64,000 nucleotides of DNA, taken from assembly GCA_049719515.1 (NCBI GenBank), contig JBNARJ010000008.1, forward strand, positions 43,035 to 107,034, in the 5' to 3' direction. The notes beneath the pieces were generated by a model that was not told the origin of the DNA, searched no databases, and saw only the letters and a program-made list of their open reading frames with translations. Below, piece by piece: positions 28,653-39,046 of the stretch. Positions within the stretch are counted from its first letter, which is position 1. Each line of letters starts with the position of its first letter. A program made the position numbers and the translations under genes. Source of the stretch: Candidatus Saccharicenans sp. (GTDB lineage: Bacteria; Acidobacteriota; Aminicenantia; Aminicenantales; Saccharicenantaceae).

Positions 28653-29555
28653 ATGAAGTTAAACCGGCCAAAAGAAGAGCACGTTCTTAAAGTTTATTGC
28701 GATTACCTGACGGTGGAAAAAGGGCTTTCAGCCAACAGTGTCAGTTCCTATGCTTTTGATTTACAGAAGTTTTATAAATACCTGGAGGAAGAGAAAAAAT
28801 CTCTCTTCCACCTCAAAGAAACAGACCTGGTAAATTTCATTCAAAAACAGGCTCTCTCCGGGCTGGCGCCGCGTTCGCTGGCTCGCTGCGTGTCTTCGCT
28901 GAAATCTTTTTTTCGGTTTTTGGTGCTGGAAAATTTTATCAAGAAAAACCCGGCGGAAAACCTCAGCTCTCCTTCTCTCTGGCTGACACTGCCCAGGGTA
29001 TTGACGGAAGAAGAGGTGGAACTTCTTCTCGAACAGCCAGACCTCGGGCAGCCTCAGGGATTGAGGGACCGGGCGATGCTGGAAGTGATGTACGGCAGCG
29101 GTCTCCGGGTATCGGAGCTTATTTCCCTGAAGCTGGGGGATGTGCGCTTATCCCAGGGTTTCCTGGTTTGTCGGGGAAAAGGCAGCAAGGAAAGAATCGT
29201 GCCCGTCGGCCGAAAGGCCATTCACTGGATAAAGAACTATCTCCAGTCGGTGCGGCCGCTTTTTGATAAGGAAGGTTCATCCGTGCTTTTCCTGACCAGG
29301 CGGGGGAAGCCTTTTACCCGTCAGGGTGTGTGGAAGATTCTGAAAGCTTACGGTCAAAAAGCCGGATTAAGAGATAAACTTCATCCTCATGTGCTGAGGC
29401 ATTCTTTTGCTACTCATCTGTTAGAGCATGGAGCCGACCTCAGGTCAGTGCAGATGCTTCTGGGGCACAGCCAGATTACTACTACGCAGATTTACACGCA
29501 CGTCAGCCGGGAAAGACTAAAGCAGGTTTACGATAAGTTTCATCCGCGAGCATAA
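28653..29555 (+). CDS. xerD: Tyrosine recombinase XerD
   Basis: Motifs RDRAMLE..Y.SGLRVSEL, GKG.KER, HVLRHSFATHLL..GADLRSVQMLLGH, TTQIYTHV and HPRA. Confidence 0.95.
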   Translation: MKLNRPKEEHVLKVYCDYLTVEKGLSANSVSSYAFDLQKFYKYLEEEKKSLFHLKETDLVNFIQKQALSGLAPRSLARCVSSLKSFFRFLVLENFIKKNPAENLSSPSLWLTLPRVLTEEEVELLLEQPDLGQPQGLRDRAMLEVMYGSGLRVSELISLKLGDVRLSQGFLVCRGKGSKERIVPVGRKAIHWIKNYLQSVRPLFDKEGSSVLFLTRRGKPFTRQGVWKILKAYGQKAGLRDKLHPHVLRHSFATHLLEHGADLRSVQMLLGHSQITTTQIYTHVSRERLKQVYDKFHPRA

Positions 29556-29564
29556 TCTGTCGTT

Positions 29565-30269
29565 TTACTTCAGCTTTTTTAACTCCAGCCTGAGCAAGAC
29601 GGAAAAGCTTTCTTTGAACCGGTGTGGTCTGAGTTCGGGGATTTCTCCTTTCCAGAGGAACTCTTTCTGGCAAGACGGTTGTTCCAGGGCTTTTCTGTCT
29701 ACGGCCACCATTCTGGACCCCTGCCGCGTGATGATGACTTCAACGGGTTCTTTTCTGGCCGGCCAGGGCGAGGAAGGAAGAAGAAATCTGAGGGGGTTAT
29801 GGCTGCTCTGGCCGGGGACGGCGATTTCAGATGGGCTAAAAGAATAATAAAAACGCACTTCTTTTTCCAGGCCTTCGACATAATCCAGCCGGAATACCGG
29901 GCTCATCAGCTTTTCTTTAAGCTCAGGCTCGTTCTTTTCTCCGCTCCAAATCTTCCAATTATTTAAATAGCTTTCCAGATGATAAATAATAAAATCGAGT
30001 CCATCTTCCTCCAGAAAACCATGCCATTCCGCTTCCACGACAAAATGAGCTCTGGGGGTGGAAGCAGAATGTGGTGGAGGGAATAATTCCCCTTCAATTT
30101 TGATTTGCAGGACGGCTTTCCAGACCCTCACTTCTTCACCAAAAGAGTAGTTCGAGGATTGCAGGAAAGCAAAAAAAGCCATCATAGCTGGCAGAAAAAT
30201 TAATATCGTTTTGCCTGAATTTGCTTTTGTCAAGATGCCCCTTCCCCATATTTCTTTAGCACAGACCAC
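29565..30269 (-). CDS. Hypothetical exported protein (start uncertain, possibly 30185)
   Basis: A 234-aa ORF fills the gap between xerD and tetR and has a hydrophobic N-terminal stretch; no recognisable motif. Confidence 0.55.
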   Translation of the reverse strand: MVCAKEIWGRGILTKANSGKTILIFLPAMMAFFAFLQSSNYSFGEEVRVWKAVLQIKIEGELFPPPHSASTPRAHFVVEAEWHGFLEEDGLDFIIYHLESYLNNWKIWSGEKNEPELKEKLMSPVFRLDYVEGLEKEVRFYYSFSPSEIAVPGQSSHNPLRFLLPSSPWPARKEPVEVIITRQGSRMVAVDRKALEQPSCQKEFLWKGEIPELRPHRFKESFSVLLRLELKKLK

Positions 30270-30275
30270 CCGGCC

Positions 30276-30365
30276 TTGACAACCCTGACTTACAGTGCTA
30301 AAGTTAATAAACCAATCAGGCTAATAAATAAACTCATTAGTTTACTATATTGACTGCCGAGTATA
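30276..30365 (+). promoter_or_regulatory. tetR-tolC-MFP-RND promoter with probable TetR operator array
   Basis: TTGACA-N17-TAAAGT. Palindrome TAAACT-N4-AGTTTA at 30329-30344, with degenerate copies starting at 30308 and 30350. Confidence 0.65.
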
Positions 30366-30368
30366 AAA

Positions 30369-31052
30369 ATGAAGAAAGCTCAAGACATAAGAAAGGAAAT
30401 CATCCAGACCCAGTTCAAGAAGCACATGCTGCAGGCAGCCGAAGAGGTCATCCTCCGCCGCGGCTACAAAGCGGCCACCATGGATGAAATCGCGCGAGAG
30501 GCTGGTTTCTGCAAGGCTACACTTTACAAGTACTTCAAGAATAAGGGCGAGATTCTGCTGGAGATTATAATCCAGTATATCGACGAGATGAAAAACCGGG
30601 TAGTGGAAATTGCCGCTTCCGCTGACCCGCCGGAACTGAAGCTCAAAAAAATGATTTATTCCCTGTTAGAGATTCAGTTAAAAAAAGCCAACATCTCTCG
30701 TCTGTTTATCCAGGACAAGAACATCAGGGAATTTATGCACCGTTTTTTTGACCCGGCAGAGAAAGAAAACAACCGCGAACTGCAGCAGGCCATCCGAAAC
30801 TTCAATGCCCGGCGTGAAGAAATATTTAAAGCCGGGCTGGAAGTTATCAAGGAAGGCATAGACCGGGGAGTCTTTGTCAAAACCTCGGCCGAAAAACTTC
30901 TCAATTACGTCTGGGCGGTAACAGAAGGCTTGATCCATATCAGATTCTGGCAGGACGATAAATTACCCCCAGATAAACAGACTGATGAAGTGTTTGATTT
31001 TCTGATGAATGGCATTGGCCAACCGCCCGTCTTGAAAGGAGAGAAAAAATGA
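30369..31052 (+). CDS. TetR/AcrR family transcriptional regulator
   Basis: HTH motif GY.AATMDEIAREAG..KATLYKYF.NK.EI. Confidence 0.95.
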   Translation: MKKAQDIRKEIIQTQFKKHMLQAAEEVILRRGYKAATMDEIAREAGFCKATLYKYFKNKGEILLEIIIQYIDEMKNRVVEIAASADPPELKLKKMIYSLLEIQLKKANISRLFIQDKNIREFMHRFFDPAEKENNRELQQAIRNFNARREEIFKAGLEVIKEGIDRGVFVKTSAEKLLNYVWAVTEGLIHIRFWQDDKLPPDKQTDEVFDFLMNGIGQPPVLKGEKK

Positions 31053-32404
31053 GGTCATGGAAAGCGCTTGCCTCAATACTATTGCTACTCCTGGTTTTGT
31101 CCTCTGCGGGACAGGCTCAGGAGAATGAAAAATCAGCCTTAGAGCTGACCCTTCAGGACTGCCTGAAGCTGGCCCTGGAGAAAAACCCTTATTTCCTGGC
31201 GACCCAGGCTAAAGAAGATGAAGCCCGGGCCCAGGTAAGACAGGCCGTGGCTAACTTTTTCCCCAGCCTGAGCGCTCAGGGAACAGACATATTGGATAAG
31301 AAAGTTTTTACTGTGGAAATACCACCCATGTATCCCGGTCAGCAGCCTCAGCGAGTAAAGTTTGATTTTACCCGAACTTACCAGATGAGCCTGTCATTTT
31401 CTGTGCCAATTTTTACCAGCGGCAAGCTCCTTTCCGGCTACAGGCAGGCTCAGTATAATTATCAGGCTACTCAGGAATCTATCGAGCAGGCCCGTCAGGA
31501 AACAATCTTCAACGTCAAGAAGGCTTTCTACGGCTACCTGCTGGCTCGCCGTTTTGTCGAAGTGGCCGAAGAATCAGTTGGCCTGGCTGAAAAGCATCTG
31601 ACCAATGTTAAAAATCTTTATGAAGTGGGTATGGCCACCAAATTGGACCTGTTGCGGGCCGAAGTTCAGCTGGCCAACCTGAAGCCGCAGCTCATCCGGG
31701 CGCGCAACAGTCTGGAGGTGGCCGAGCTGGCCCTTAAAAATTTACTCGGTTTGGATTTGAACCAGCCGATTAAGATTAAAGGTGAACTGAGCTTTGAAGA
31801 CCAAAAAATCGACCTGGAAGAAGCCGTGCGGAAAGCTTTAGTCAACCGGCCCGAACTTCACCAGCTTAATTACCAGCGTCAGATGGCCCACGAAATGTTC
31901 AAACTGGCCAGGGCCGCTGATTTGCCCACACTGGCCATCGGTGGAACGTTGAATTACTGGGCGAACAACCTGAATTTCAGGAAGAACACCTGGGAAAATT
32001 ACTACACGATAAGCCTGGTTCTGAATGTGCCGATTTTTAACGGTTTTGCTAACCAGGCTCAGGCGGCCAGGGCTACCGCCATGTCAAGACAGCTTGAATA
32101 TTCACTGAAAGGGTTAACAGAAAATATAAAGTTGGAAGTGCAGCAGGCAGTGCTGAATTACCAGCAGGCCAAGGAGGCGCTGCTTTCGCAGGAAAAAAAT
32201 GTGGAGCAGGCGGCCGAGGCCGTTCGTCTGGCGGAATTAAATTTTTCTGAGGGGCTGGCCACCACCCTGGATGTGACCTCTGCTCAGGTGGCTCTGAGCC
32301 AGGCCCGAACGAATTATGCCCAGGCTCTTTATGATTGCCTGATGGCTTTAGCCCAGCTGGAAAGAGCTACAGGCGACTCAGCTCTGAGCAGTAAAACTGA
32401 CTGA
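31049..32404 (+). CDS. TolC family outer membrane efflux protein
   Basis: Signal peptide, ALEKNP, FFPSLS, YEVGMAT.LD.L.A and EGLATTLDV..AQ. Confidence 0.93.
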   Translation: MRSWKALASILLLLLVLSSAGQAQENEKSALELTLQDCLKLALEKNPYFLATQAKEDEARAQVRQAVANFFPSLSAQGTDILDKKVFTVEIPPMYPGQQPQRVKFDFTRTYQMSLSFSVPIFTSGKLLSGYRQAQYNYQATQESIEQARQETIFNVKKAFYGYLLARRFVEVAEESVGLAEKHLTNVKNLYEVGMATKLDLLRAEVQLANLKPQLIRARNSLEVAELALKNLLGLDLNQPIKIKGELSFEDQKIDLEEAVRKALVNRPELHQLNYQRQMAHEMFKLARAADLPTLAIGGTLNYWANNLNFRKNTWENYYTISLVLNVPIFNGFANQAQAARATAMSRQLEYSLKGLTENIKLEVQQAVLNYQQAKEALLSQEKNVEQAAEAVRLAELNFSEGLATTLDVTSAQVALSQARTNYAQALYDCLMALAQLERATGDSALSSKTD

Positions 32405-32451
32405 GCGGGCTGATATTTAGAGGAGTTTCTCGTGAAAGAGAGGAGGATAAA

Positions 32452-33564
32452 ATGAGAACGACAAAAACCAAATTTTTAGTTGTAATCTTGCTCCTGGTTG
32501 CTTTTATGGCCTGCCAGAAGCCTGCCCAAAAAGTCAGTGGCTCTGGCCAGGTTGAAACTAAAGCTTCACCAGTAAAAGTATATAAGGTCAAGAGACAGAA
32601 AGTATCTGAAAAATTGGTTTATACGGCCACGGTCGAACCCTGGAAAAAACAGGTTATTACACCCGATATTTCGGGAAAAGTAGCCAGAATTTATGTGGCG
32701 GAAGGTGACCGGGTGCATAAAGGGCAGCTGCTGGCTGAACTTGATACCGAATCCATCAGGCTGCAGTTAAAGCAGGCGGAAGCGGCCCTCTCCGCGGCTG
32801 CAGCTAACCTGCAGGATGCACAAAGGAATTTTGAACGGATAGAGAGGTTGTTTAAAGAGAAGGCAGTTTCGGAGCAGCAATACGAGAAAGCTCGCCTGGC
32901 GCTGGAAGCGGCCAAGGCTCAAAAAGACCAGGCAGAAGCGGCGGTCAACCTGGCTAAACGGGCCCTGGAAGTTTCCATCATGAAAGCACCCTTTGACGGA
33001 GTGGTTGCTTCCAAGAATGTTGAAGAAGGCGACATCATCAACCCGATGATGGGTGGAATGTCAGCTGCTTCTGGCGTTCTTGTGCTCATGGATTATTCCA
33101 AGATAAAGATTAAGCTTGATGTGGCTCCCTCGGATATAACCAGGATTCACAAGGGACAGAGAGTCTACCTCGAAAGTTTTGAACTGCCCGGGAAACAGTT
33201 TGAAGGCCAGGTGACGGTGGTCAGCTCGATGGCCGACCCCCAGACCAAAAAATTCAAGATAGAAGCGGTAGTGGAGAACCCCGAGCTCCTTCTCAAACCG
33301 GGCACTTTTGGGCGCCTGATTGTAGAAGTCAGTTCCAAAGAAGATTCGCTGGCTGTTCCTCAGAAAGCAATCCTCGAGAATTCTTATGTGATGGTGGTGG
33401 AGGGTGGCAAAGCTGTAAAAAGAACGGTGACCACCGGAATAAAGAATACAGACCTGGTTGAAATAACTTCCGGCCTTAATGAGGGTGACCTGGTGGTGGT
33501 CGAAGGAAATTTTGGTCTGGCAGAAGGGGCACCGGTTAAAGTTGAAGGAGAGGTGGAAAAATGA
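32452..33564 (+). CDS. RND efflux periplasmic adaptor (MFP), lipoprotein
   Basis: Lipobox FMAC. Motifs G.V..I.V.EGD.V.KGQ.LA.LD, KAPFDGVV, LKPG.F and VPQ.A. Confidence 0.94.
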   Translation: MRTTKTKFLVVILLLVAFMACQKPAQKVSGSGQVETKASPVKVYKVKRQKVSEKLVYTATVEPWKKQVITPDISGKVARIYVAEGDRVHKGQLLAELDTESIRLQLKQAEAALSAAAANLQDAQRNFERIERLFKEKAVSEQQYEKARLALEAAKAQKDQAEAAVNLAKRALEVSIMKAPFDGVVASKNVEEGDIINPMMGGMSAASGVLVLMDYSKIKIKLDVAPSDITRIHKGQRVYLESFELPGKQFEGQVTVVSSMADPQTKKFKIEAVVENPELLLKPGTFGRLIVEVSSKEDSLAVPQKAILENSYVMVVEGGKAVKRTVTTGIKNTDLVEITSGLNEGDLVVVEGNFGLAEGAPVKVEGEVEK

Positions 33565-36500
33565 AACTGCCGGAATTTTCGGTCAAAAGAAAAGTTACCG
33601 CTTCGATGATCGCCATGATTCTGGTGGTGGTCGGTCTGATTGCCTTCACCAGGCTGGGGCTTGACTTTTTCCCGGACCTGGAATATCCGACCGTTTCAGT
33701 CATCACCACCTACCGTGGCGCTTCATCTGAAGATATAGAGAATACTATCACCAAACCACTGGAGCAGGTGGTATCCTCGGTCAGCGGGGTAAAAAAGGTG
33801 ACCTCTCAGAGTTCAGAAGGAGTCTCGGTGCTCATGGTCGAATTTGAGTGGGGGACAAACCTGGACTTTGCCGCTCAGGATATTCGCGACCAGATCGGCC
33901 TTTATCGAAACTTTTTGCCGGATAACGCTTCTAACCCTCTGGTGGTTAAGTTTAATCTCTCGCAGTTTCCGGTGGTGTTCTACGGTATCACCTCGGAAGA
34001 GGCTCTATCCACTTATGAACTCAAGAAGCTGATTGAGGATGAAGTCAAACCCCGGCTGGAAAGGCTGGATGGTGTGGCTTCAGCCGCGGTATTTTCGACC
34101 GATGAGCGAGAAATCAGGGTTGAAGTTGATAAGAATGCTCTGGTGGCTTACAACCTGCCCCTTGACCGCATTCTTATGGCTCTGGCCACCGAGAATATTA
34201 ATACTCCGGCCGGAGACGTGGTGGAAAGACATGAAGATTTAATCGTCAGGGCCCTCGGTGAGTTCAAATCAGTTGATGATATAAAAAGGGTGGTCGTCGG
34301 ATTATCCCAGAGGGGCGAACCAATATATCTGAAAGACGTGGCTGAGGTCAAGGATACCTTCAAAGAAACCAGGAATGTGGCTCGAGTTCAGAAGCAAAAT
34401 GGTGTCTATCTCGTGGTCAACAAACGCTCCGGCGCCAACACGGCGATTGTGGGTAATGCGGTTAAGAAAGAAATAGAAAAGATAAAAAAAACACTCCCTC
34501 AGTCCATAACCTTCCATATAGCCATGGACCAGGCCGATATGATAAACCGGGTGGCCGGGAGAACTTCAGCCAATGCCTGGCAGGGCGGTCTGCTGGCCAT
34601 CATCCTGATTTTTCTGTTTTTGCGCAACTGGCGGCCGACTTTGATCATTGCCATTGCCATTCCGCTTTCGGTTATTACCACTTTTATTGCTCTGTATGCA
34701 GCCGGTTATACCCTAAATCTAATGACCCTGGGCGGTCTGGCCTTGGGAGTCGGGATGCTGGTGGATAATGCCATAGTCGTTATTGAGAATACTTTCAGGC
34801 ACATCGAGGAAGGTAAACCCGTGGACCAGGCCTCAATAACAGGCGCCTCTGAAGTTGGCATGGCTATTACCGCCTCGACCTTGACCACCATCATCGTCTT
34901 TTTACCGGTAGTTTTCGCCAGCGGAATAACCGGGAAACTAACACAATCATTGGCCCTGACGGTGGCTTTTTCCCTGATATCTTCGCTCTTTGTGGCTCTG
35001 ACTCTTGTTCCGCTGTTCTCGTCCATTCTTTTCAAAAGCCACAAGAGAGCTGGCTCGGAGAAAGAGGAACTGACGGTAAAAGAACCAAAATTTGAGAAAG
35101 CTCGCCGAATTTATCAAAACCTGCTGACCCAGGCCCTGAGAAAGAGAAAAACAGTTTTGGCCGTGGTGATTGCTCTTTTTGTGATTTCTCTGGCCCTGAT
35201 TCCCTTCATTGGTACAGAATTTATGCCACAGTCTGACCGTGATTTTGTTCTGCTCCGGGTCAAACTTCCGGTCGGCACTTCTTTGGAGGAAACAGACCGC
35301 ATCTTGCGACAGGTTGAAGACATCCTGATGCAACAGCCCGAGGTAAAAATGGTCTCGGCCCAGGGCGGCTCAAGGGCCGAAGAAGACCCGACCGATATGG
35401 CCAGCGGTATGGGTATCACCGGAACGCATGAAGGAATGTTCTGGATCAGACTGGTTGAACGTTCCAAGCGCAAATACACCGATGTTGAAATCCTGGAAAG
35501 AATAAGAGGGCTTTTACCCAAATACGAGAATGTCAAATTTGAGCAGGTGAACATGGAAGCCTCCATGATGGGCGGGGCTCAGGCACCGGTAGAAATCAAG
35601 ATTTTTGGTAAAGACTTAGAGACCCTCAAGCAGATTGGCGATTCGGTGGTCAATCGTCTGAGCGATGTGGAGGGCCTGAGAGATTTAACCCACAGTCTGG
35701 CTCAAGGTAAACCTGAATATCAGTTTATTATCGACCGGGAGAGAGCGGCCAGGTTGGGCCTGTCCATCAGCCAGATATCAAGCACGGTACAGACGGCAAC
35801 ACTCGGGCGGGTGGCCAGCCGTTACCGGGATGGTTCGGATGAAATCAACGTCCGGGTTATCCTGGCTAAGAAGTACCGGGAAAGCCTGGAAGAAATCAAA
35901 AAAACACCAATCGCCTCGCAGCTGGGAAAAATGGTTTACCTCGAACAGGTGGCTGACTGGACGCGTGGTCAGGGGCCCATCCAGATTACTCGAGAAAACC
36001 AGATGAGAAAGATTTCGGTGACGGCCAACATCGCCGGGCGAGACCTGGGAAGCATAATGAAGGACGTTAAGGCCCGGCTGACCGACCTGGAAAGCCAGCT
36101 GCCGGAAGGTTATTTCATCGAGTACGGCGGGGCTTACGAACAGATGATAGATGCTTTTAAAGTCCTGGCCGGTGCTTTTGCCCTGGCCCTGCTTCTGGTC
36201 TACATGGTGATGGCTTCCCAGTTTGAGCACTTCTTGCATCCTTTCGTCATCATGTTCACCATCCCCCTGGCCATTATTGGAGTAATTTTTGGTTTGCTGA
36301 TTGCCGGCAAATCAGTCAGTCTCCCTGCTTTAATCGGTGTCATTCTCCTGGCGGGAATAGCGGTTAACAACGGAATTGTTATGATTGATTACATAAATCA
36401 GCTGATAAGAAAGGGTATGAAACACCAGGAAGCTGTGATAAGAGGAGCGGTAACCAGGCTGCGGCCAATCTTGCTGACGGCGCTCACGACCATTCTTGGC

Positions 36501-36689
36501 ATGTTACCCATGGCCGTTTCCAAATCTTCTGGCTCGGAATTCAGGTCACCAATGGCCGTGGCGGTAGTCGGTGGTCTGGTGACGACCACTTTCCTGACTC
36601 TGTTCATCATTCCCATCATCTACAGCCTGATTAACAAAATTTCCTTTAAAGATTACCGGCCGGAAAGCTCTGAACAGAAAACCACTTAA
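33561..36689 (+). CDS. RND efflux permease (AcrB/AcrD/AcrF family)
   Basis: 1042 aa. Motifs GMLVDNAIVVIEN, ASTLTT..VF.P and RLRPIL.TA.TT..GMLP.A. Confidence 0.96.
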   Translation: MKLPEFSVKRKVTASMIAMILVVVGLIAFTRLGLDFFPDLEYPTVSVITTYRGASSEDIENTITKPLEQVVSSVSGVKKVTSQSSEGVSVLMVEFEWGTNLDFAAQDIRDQIGLYRNFLPDNASNPLVVKFNLSQFPVVFYGITSEEALSTYELKKLIEDEVKPRLERLDGVASAAVFSTDEREIRVEVDKNALVAYNLPLDRILMALATENINTPAGDVVERHEDLIVRALGEFKSVDDIKRVVVGLSQRGEPIYLKDVAEVKDTFKETRNVARVQKQNGVYLVVNKRSGANTAIVGNAVKKEIEKIKKTLPQSITFHIAMDQADMINRVAGRTSANAWQGGLLAIILIFLFLRNWRPTLIIAIAIPLSVITTFIALYAAGYTLNLMTLGGLALGVGMLVDNAIVVIENTFRHIEEGKPVDQASITGASEVGMAITASTLTTIIVFLPVVFASGITGKLTQSLALTVAFSLISSLFVALTLVPLFSSILFKSHKRAGSEKEELTVKEPKFEKARRIYQNLLTQALRKRKTVLAVVIALFVISLALIPFIGTEFMPQSDRDFVLLRVKLPVGTSLEETDRILRQVEDILMQQPEVKMVSAQGGSRAEEDPTDMASGMGITGTHEGMFWIRLVERSKRKYTDVEILERIRGLLPKYENVKFEQVNMEASMMGGAQAPVEIKIFGKDLETLKQIGDSVVNRLSDVEGLRDLTHSLAQGKPEYQFIIDRERAARLGLSISQISSTVQTATLGRVASRYRDGSDEINVRVILAKKYRESLEEIKKTPIASQLGKMVYLEQVADWTRGQGPIQITRENQMRKISVTANIAGRDLGSIMKDVKARLTDLESQLPEGYFIEYGGAYEQMIDAFKVLAGAFALALLLVYMVMASQFEHFLHPFVIMFTIPLAIIGVIFGLLIAGKSVSLPALIGVILLAGIAVNNGIVMIDYINQLIRKGMKHQEAVIRGAVTRLRPILLTALTTILGMLPMAVSKSSGSEFRSPMAVAVVGGLVTTTFLTLFIIPIIYSLINKISFKDYRPESSEQKTT

Positions 36690-36706
36690 ACATAGATTGG
36701 TGGTGG

Positions 36707-36740
36707 AAAGAGGGCAGCCTTCTGGCTGCCCTTTTTTATT
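36707..36740 (+). terminator. Rho-independent terminator
   Basis: AGGGCAGCC-TTCT-GGCTGCCCT followed by a T tract. Confidence 0.88.
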
Positions 36741-36799
36741 TGCCTCAAAGCTGAAAATTTATTATTCTTAAAAAAAACGGCTGATTGGAGGAATGTGGG

Positions 36800-39046
36800 G
36801 TGAAAACTCTTATTAAGAAAAATATGGGGATTAAAATTATCCTGGCTTTTATTTTCCTGACAGGTCTGGTTTCTGTTTCAACTCCGGCCAGCTATCCGCG
36901 GAAGCTGATTCGTCTTGATGCCTCTGTTCTGCCGGAAGGTCCGCTTCGAAGCTGGAAGAATCTCGGCGTGCTGGGCGGGGAATTTGTGCCAGTTTTTAAA
37001 GTGGTGCCTTCCGTAAAAACCGTAAAAAACCAGAAAGCTGTTGACCTGACGGCCATGGATGTGCTGATGCGCTCAACCTTTTCTCCACCGGCTTCTCTAA
37101 ACGGAAAAAGTCCTTTTACTGTCCTGGCCAGGGTTTTTCTGCCGGAACTGGCCCAGCGCCGGACCATCTTAACCTGGTCCACAGAACCGGGCCGGGCTGC
37201 GATTATCGGGGTGGGCAAAGCCCGGGAGGCCGCCTTCAGTAATCTAGCCACCCTGCGGCTGGGCTATACCGGCGGTTATCCCGAACCCCAGCTCTGGCAT
37301 CTGGTGGCCGTGGTTTATGATAAACAAAAATTAAAAGTTTATGTGGACGGCTGGCTCAAGGGAGAAACAGACGCTTCTCTTGATATCAAACCTGATAGAT
37401 ATTTCTACCTCGGCGGTCAGCAGCTGGGAAATTTTCCTCTGCCGTTTGACCCCCTTCACGGTTATCTGGCTTCTCTGGAACTCATAGATACGGCCCTGAC
37501 TTCCCAGGAAATCTGGCAGGCGGCCGCACACCGTGAAGCCATACCTTTGTTCCCGGCCGACAACCAGAGAATCGAAGCATTGAACATTTCTTTGAAGTGG
37601 GAAAAAGGTGACGAACGGGCTGCTTACTACAACCTGTATTTTTCCAGCAAAAAAGAAGAAACAGAAAAGGGCGAGAAAAAAGCGCTTAAAACCACACTTC
37701 CGGCTGAGGTCAATTATTATGAAATAAGCGGGCTGGAGCCGGGGCAATTTTATTACTGGCGAGTTGACCAGCTTGATGCTCAGAAAAAAGTTATGCAGCC
37801 CGGAATTATCATGAGTTTTAAAGTGGATGATGGAGCGGCTGCCAATCCTGTGCCGCATAACCGGCATGGCAGCGTTGGCCGTGATTTGAAGAGCTTGCGC
37901 TGGACGCCCGGGAAATGGGCTGTTTCCCAGGATGTATTTTTCAGCACTGACCTGAAAAAACTGGAAAAAAGCAGGCCGGTGGTCAGAGACCTCAAACCCG
38001 ACCTGAGCTTTTTCTTCCTGCCTGAAAAAGATGTGGCTTACGGACAGCAATTTTTCTGGAGAGTTGACACCAGGACGGTTCAGGGGAAAACCATCAAGGG
38101 GGAAACCTGGTCTTTTCGTATTCAGGATAATCCCAATGATGATGACCTGACTTTTTTTGTGGCGGCTGACCCGCATTATGGTGGCACCCTGAAGGCACGA
38201 GAAATCAACCGGCTGATGGTAAGGGAGATGAACTCTATGCCGGGGCAATTATATCCTGAAGAGTTTGGTTTGAGCGGAAAAATTCATACACCTCGTGGAG
38301 TGGTGCTTCTCGGGGATCTGGTTGATGATGGAGAAGCTCCGGATGTTCAGACCACCTGGCAGGACTACGTGGAAGATTTCGGCCTGAAGGGCGAGGGGCT
38401 GTTAGCCTTCCCGGTTTACGAAGGGTTTGGAGAAAATGACGGACCCTCGAACGGTTTGGTCAGGAGTAACCTGAAGAACAGGAATAAACTGCGCCCCGGC
38501 CTGCGCAGCATCTCGGCTGACGGCTGTCATTATTCCTGGGATTGGGGTAAAGTACATTTCGTTCATCTTAACCTTTATCCGGGAAGAGCCGGTGAAGAGC
38601 TTTTGAATTACTGGAGACGCCGGGTTTCAGGTGATGCCCGTTACCCGAAATACAGCCTTGATTTCCTGATTGAAGATTTGAGGAGAAATGTTGGCGGGCC
38701 CGACCGGCCGGTGGTCATCTTTCAGCATTACGGGTTTGATTCCTGGAGTGAAACTTTCTGGACAGAAAGAGAAAGAAATGCTTTTCTCCAGGCCATCGAA
38801 CCTTACAACGTGGTGGCCATCTTCTGGGGACATTCTCATGTCTCTCAGGCCTTCAGCTGGAACGGCATTAAAACCTGGTGTGCCGGCACGCTGAACAATG
38901 ACCCGGACCCGGGAGGATTTCTGGTGGTAAACATCAAGGCTGGCCGGAGAACCGGACAGATGATCATAGCTGAACGCACTGCTGGAAAATGGGTCAGGGC
39001 CGAAAAATTTTCTTTTCCGATGAAAAAGGTCCAGAAGAAGAAGTGA
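36800..39046 (+). CDS. Secreted LamG/ConA-like + 2x FN3-like + calcineurin-like metallophosphoesterase
   Basis: Signal peptide, LamG motif WHLVAVVYD...KVYVDG, two (Y/F)(Y/F)WRVD modules, then D.H, GD..D, GEND, H and GHSH. GTG start after GGAGG. Confidence 0.8.
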   Translation: MKTLIKKNMGIKIILAFIFLTGLVSVSTPASYPRKLIRLDASVLPEGPLRSWKNLGVLGGEFVPVFKVVPSVKTVKNQKAVDLTAMDVLMRSTFSPPASLNGKSPFTVLARVFLPELAQRRTILTWSTEPGRAAIIGVGKAREAAFSNLATLRLGYTGGYPEPQLWHLVAVVYDKQKLKVYVDGWLKGETDASLDIKPDRYFYLGGQQLGNFPLPFDPLHGYLASLELIDTALTSQEIWQAAAHREAIPLFPADNQRIEALNISLKWEKGDERAAYYNLYFSSKKEETEKGEKKALKTTLPAEVNYYEISGLEPGQFYYWRVDQLDAQKKVMQPGIIMSFKVDDGAAANPVPHNRHGSVGRDLKSLRWTPGKWAVSQDVFFSTDLKKLEKSRPVVRDLKPDLSFFFLPEKDVAYGQQFFWRVDTRTVQGKTIKGETWSFRIQDNPNDDDLTFFVAADPHYGGTLKAREINRLMVREMNSMPGQLYPEEFGLSGKIHTPRGVVLLGDLVDDGEAPDVQTTWQDYVEDFGLKGEGLLAFPVYEGFGENDGPSNGLVRSNLKNRNKLRPGLRSISADGCHYSWDWGKVHFVHLNLYPGRAGEELLNYWRRRVSGDARYPKYSLDFLIEDLRRNVGGPDRPVVIFQHYGFDSWSETFWTERERNAFLQAIEPYNVVAIFWGHSHVSQAFSWNGIKTWCAGTLNNDPDPGGFLVVNIKAGRRTGQMIIAERTAGKWVRAEKFSFPMKKVQKKK

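Noticed and set aside
28653-29555. Tyrosine recombinase as a mobile-element integrase
   Set aside because: It has XerD signatures (LRSVQMLLGH, HPRA), and no att repeats or cargo genes are evident.
34755-36390. RND proton-relay variants VDNA and VNNG
   Set aside because: These variants are common in non-enterobacterial AcrB-family permeases.
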